This document shows positions 62,556 to 64,000 of a stretch of DNA of 64,000 bases, piece after piece (the stretch's first letter is position 1; every line of letters begins with the position of its first letter). This DNA comes from Camelus ferus (Eukaryota): contig NC_045697.1 of the NCBI RefSeq assembly GCF_009834535.1, positions 7,566,001 to 7,630,000 of the forward strand, given 5' to 3'. The notes beneath the pieces were generated by a model. That model was not told where the DNA came from, did no database searches, and saw only the letters and a list, made by a program, of their open reading frames with translations. Position numbers and translations under genes: made by a program.

Positions 62556-64000
62556 TTAAGATTATAATTTGGTTCCCAAATACTGTAGGATGGATGCAAT
62601 CTTGAAACAAATGACTTGCTATCCTGATTATTTCAGTGAGTTACCAGAGATACTTAAAATTTAGATTCAAGTGAATTTAGGTAAAGCAAGTTACTTGAAA
62701 AATAGCCAAATGAAATTCAAATTGCCAACTCACTCTGATTTCAAAGCAGTTGTTTGGTTTAATGACAAATTCTCATGCACCTCTAACTCAATAACCACAT
62801 AAATAAACAACTAAAATTAATACCCCAAAATAATTTTTTAAAGGTTTGCTTGTATTGGCAGCCTGCCTTCCTAAGCAAGTCTTACCAACATGCTGAACAA
62901 ATATGTTTTTGACTATGGATATACAGGACAAAGGAAAAACAAAACAAATACATGAAAGCAGACAACAACATCAAAAGCACTTTCGTGCATAAGGTCGAAT
63001 GTGTGGTAAATAAAAGGTGAATCATTTAACAAAGTTAACATTTCCTGTCCTCTTTACTTATCCAGTTTCTACCTGTAAGTCAGGGAGCCCCCCTCATGTA
63101 TAAACTCCCCCTGAAAATGTCCCTGTTTGCCTAGTGATATTCTTTTGATTTTTTTTCCATTGTGCAAACATTGGCTTTCATTTTTCAAATGAAATAGTGT
63201 TGACACTTAGGGCCAGAACAAGTGGAAGAGATGGATTGCTTCCAGCAGAGAAGACAGGATCAGACTCTTGTCCCTCAAGTATCTCCCCCGCCTCCTCTGT
63301 ACCCTTCACTCATGCCCTGAGACACCTCCCAAGGAACGCAGAGATGCACAGAGCACAACAAATAACCTGCTTATGTATCCTTCCTTCAGCTGGGCTTACT
63401 TTTCTCTAACTTCTGTCCGCTCATCACAGAATGCCATCCAGTTTCTATCCTGTATTACAGCTGTTTATAACCAAGTCTATCTCTCCCTGTAGAGAAGGGA
63501 GAATTCCTGTGTGAGTAATTTTCATATTCTAACCACACAGAGCAAAACAAACAAAAATAATACATTATATAAAAGGCCCACCAATATTTGCTTACTAATT
63601 AAAGCTAGTGTGAATGAGGAGCAGCCATATTGAAATCAAAATTTCTTGTTGGGATCCAACTTGTGGAGGGTGCTGTATGTGACATTAATACATCAAAGGT
63701 GGATTCTGTAGTCAGCGGAAATGCACTGGAGTGACATAAAATATCTATGCTTTAGGAAGTTATGAAAAAAATAAAGTCATTAAAAAAGCAAAAGTAATGA
63801 AAAAGGAAAGAAGAATAAGATCATTAGTTTAGCATCTTAACTTCTAATCCATATACCAATAGCAGAGGTCATTAGACTAAATAGCCCCAAATCAAAATTA
63901 CGTATGACGTATATTGAATAATATGAAATTCTTTATTCCTCAGTTTATCCATCTATAGTGTAGCAAATAATCATTTTTCTACTACCTAGAGTAGTTCTGA

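Noticed and set aside
1..64000. CRISPR arrays, operons, rRNA or other prokaryotic-type systems
   Set aside because: The sequence is mammalian. I saw no regularly spaced repeat-spacer array or dense coding region.

Overview
AT-rich eutherian mammal genomic DNA. It is probably camelid (inference from the short tRNA-derived SINE at 23-132, the style of the young L1 3' ends, and no recognisable Alu, B1, BovB/Bov-A2, PRE-1 or SINEC). I recognise no host protein-coding exon, so this looks like a large intron or gene desert. It is densely filled with old repeats (L1M, L2, MIR, MaLR/ERVL LTRs, MER20/MER3/MER5), a few lineage-specific ERV1-type solo LTRs and young L1 3' ends. The only convincing protein ORF is an uninterrupted LINE-1 ORF1 (41206-42090, minus strand). 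It lies in the most unusual structure in the window: an L1 with complete 5'UTR and ORF1 whose inter-ORF spacer is joined directly to the last ~120 codons of ORF2, so EN, RT and the CCHC knuckle are missing (a 'half-L1'-like layout). It is nested in an older L1 3' fragment and appears to share one chimeric 3' end with it. Secondary observations: a canonical-looking TATA/Inr promoter at ~2.9 kb, several candidate non-coding exons, CpG-rich patches in ancient repeats, local duplications, and unique segments rich in homeodomain motifs. Repeat subfamily names and old-repeat boundaries come from pattern recognition, are approximate, and need RepeatMasker/Dfam confirmation.
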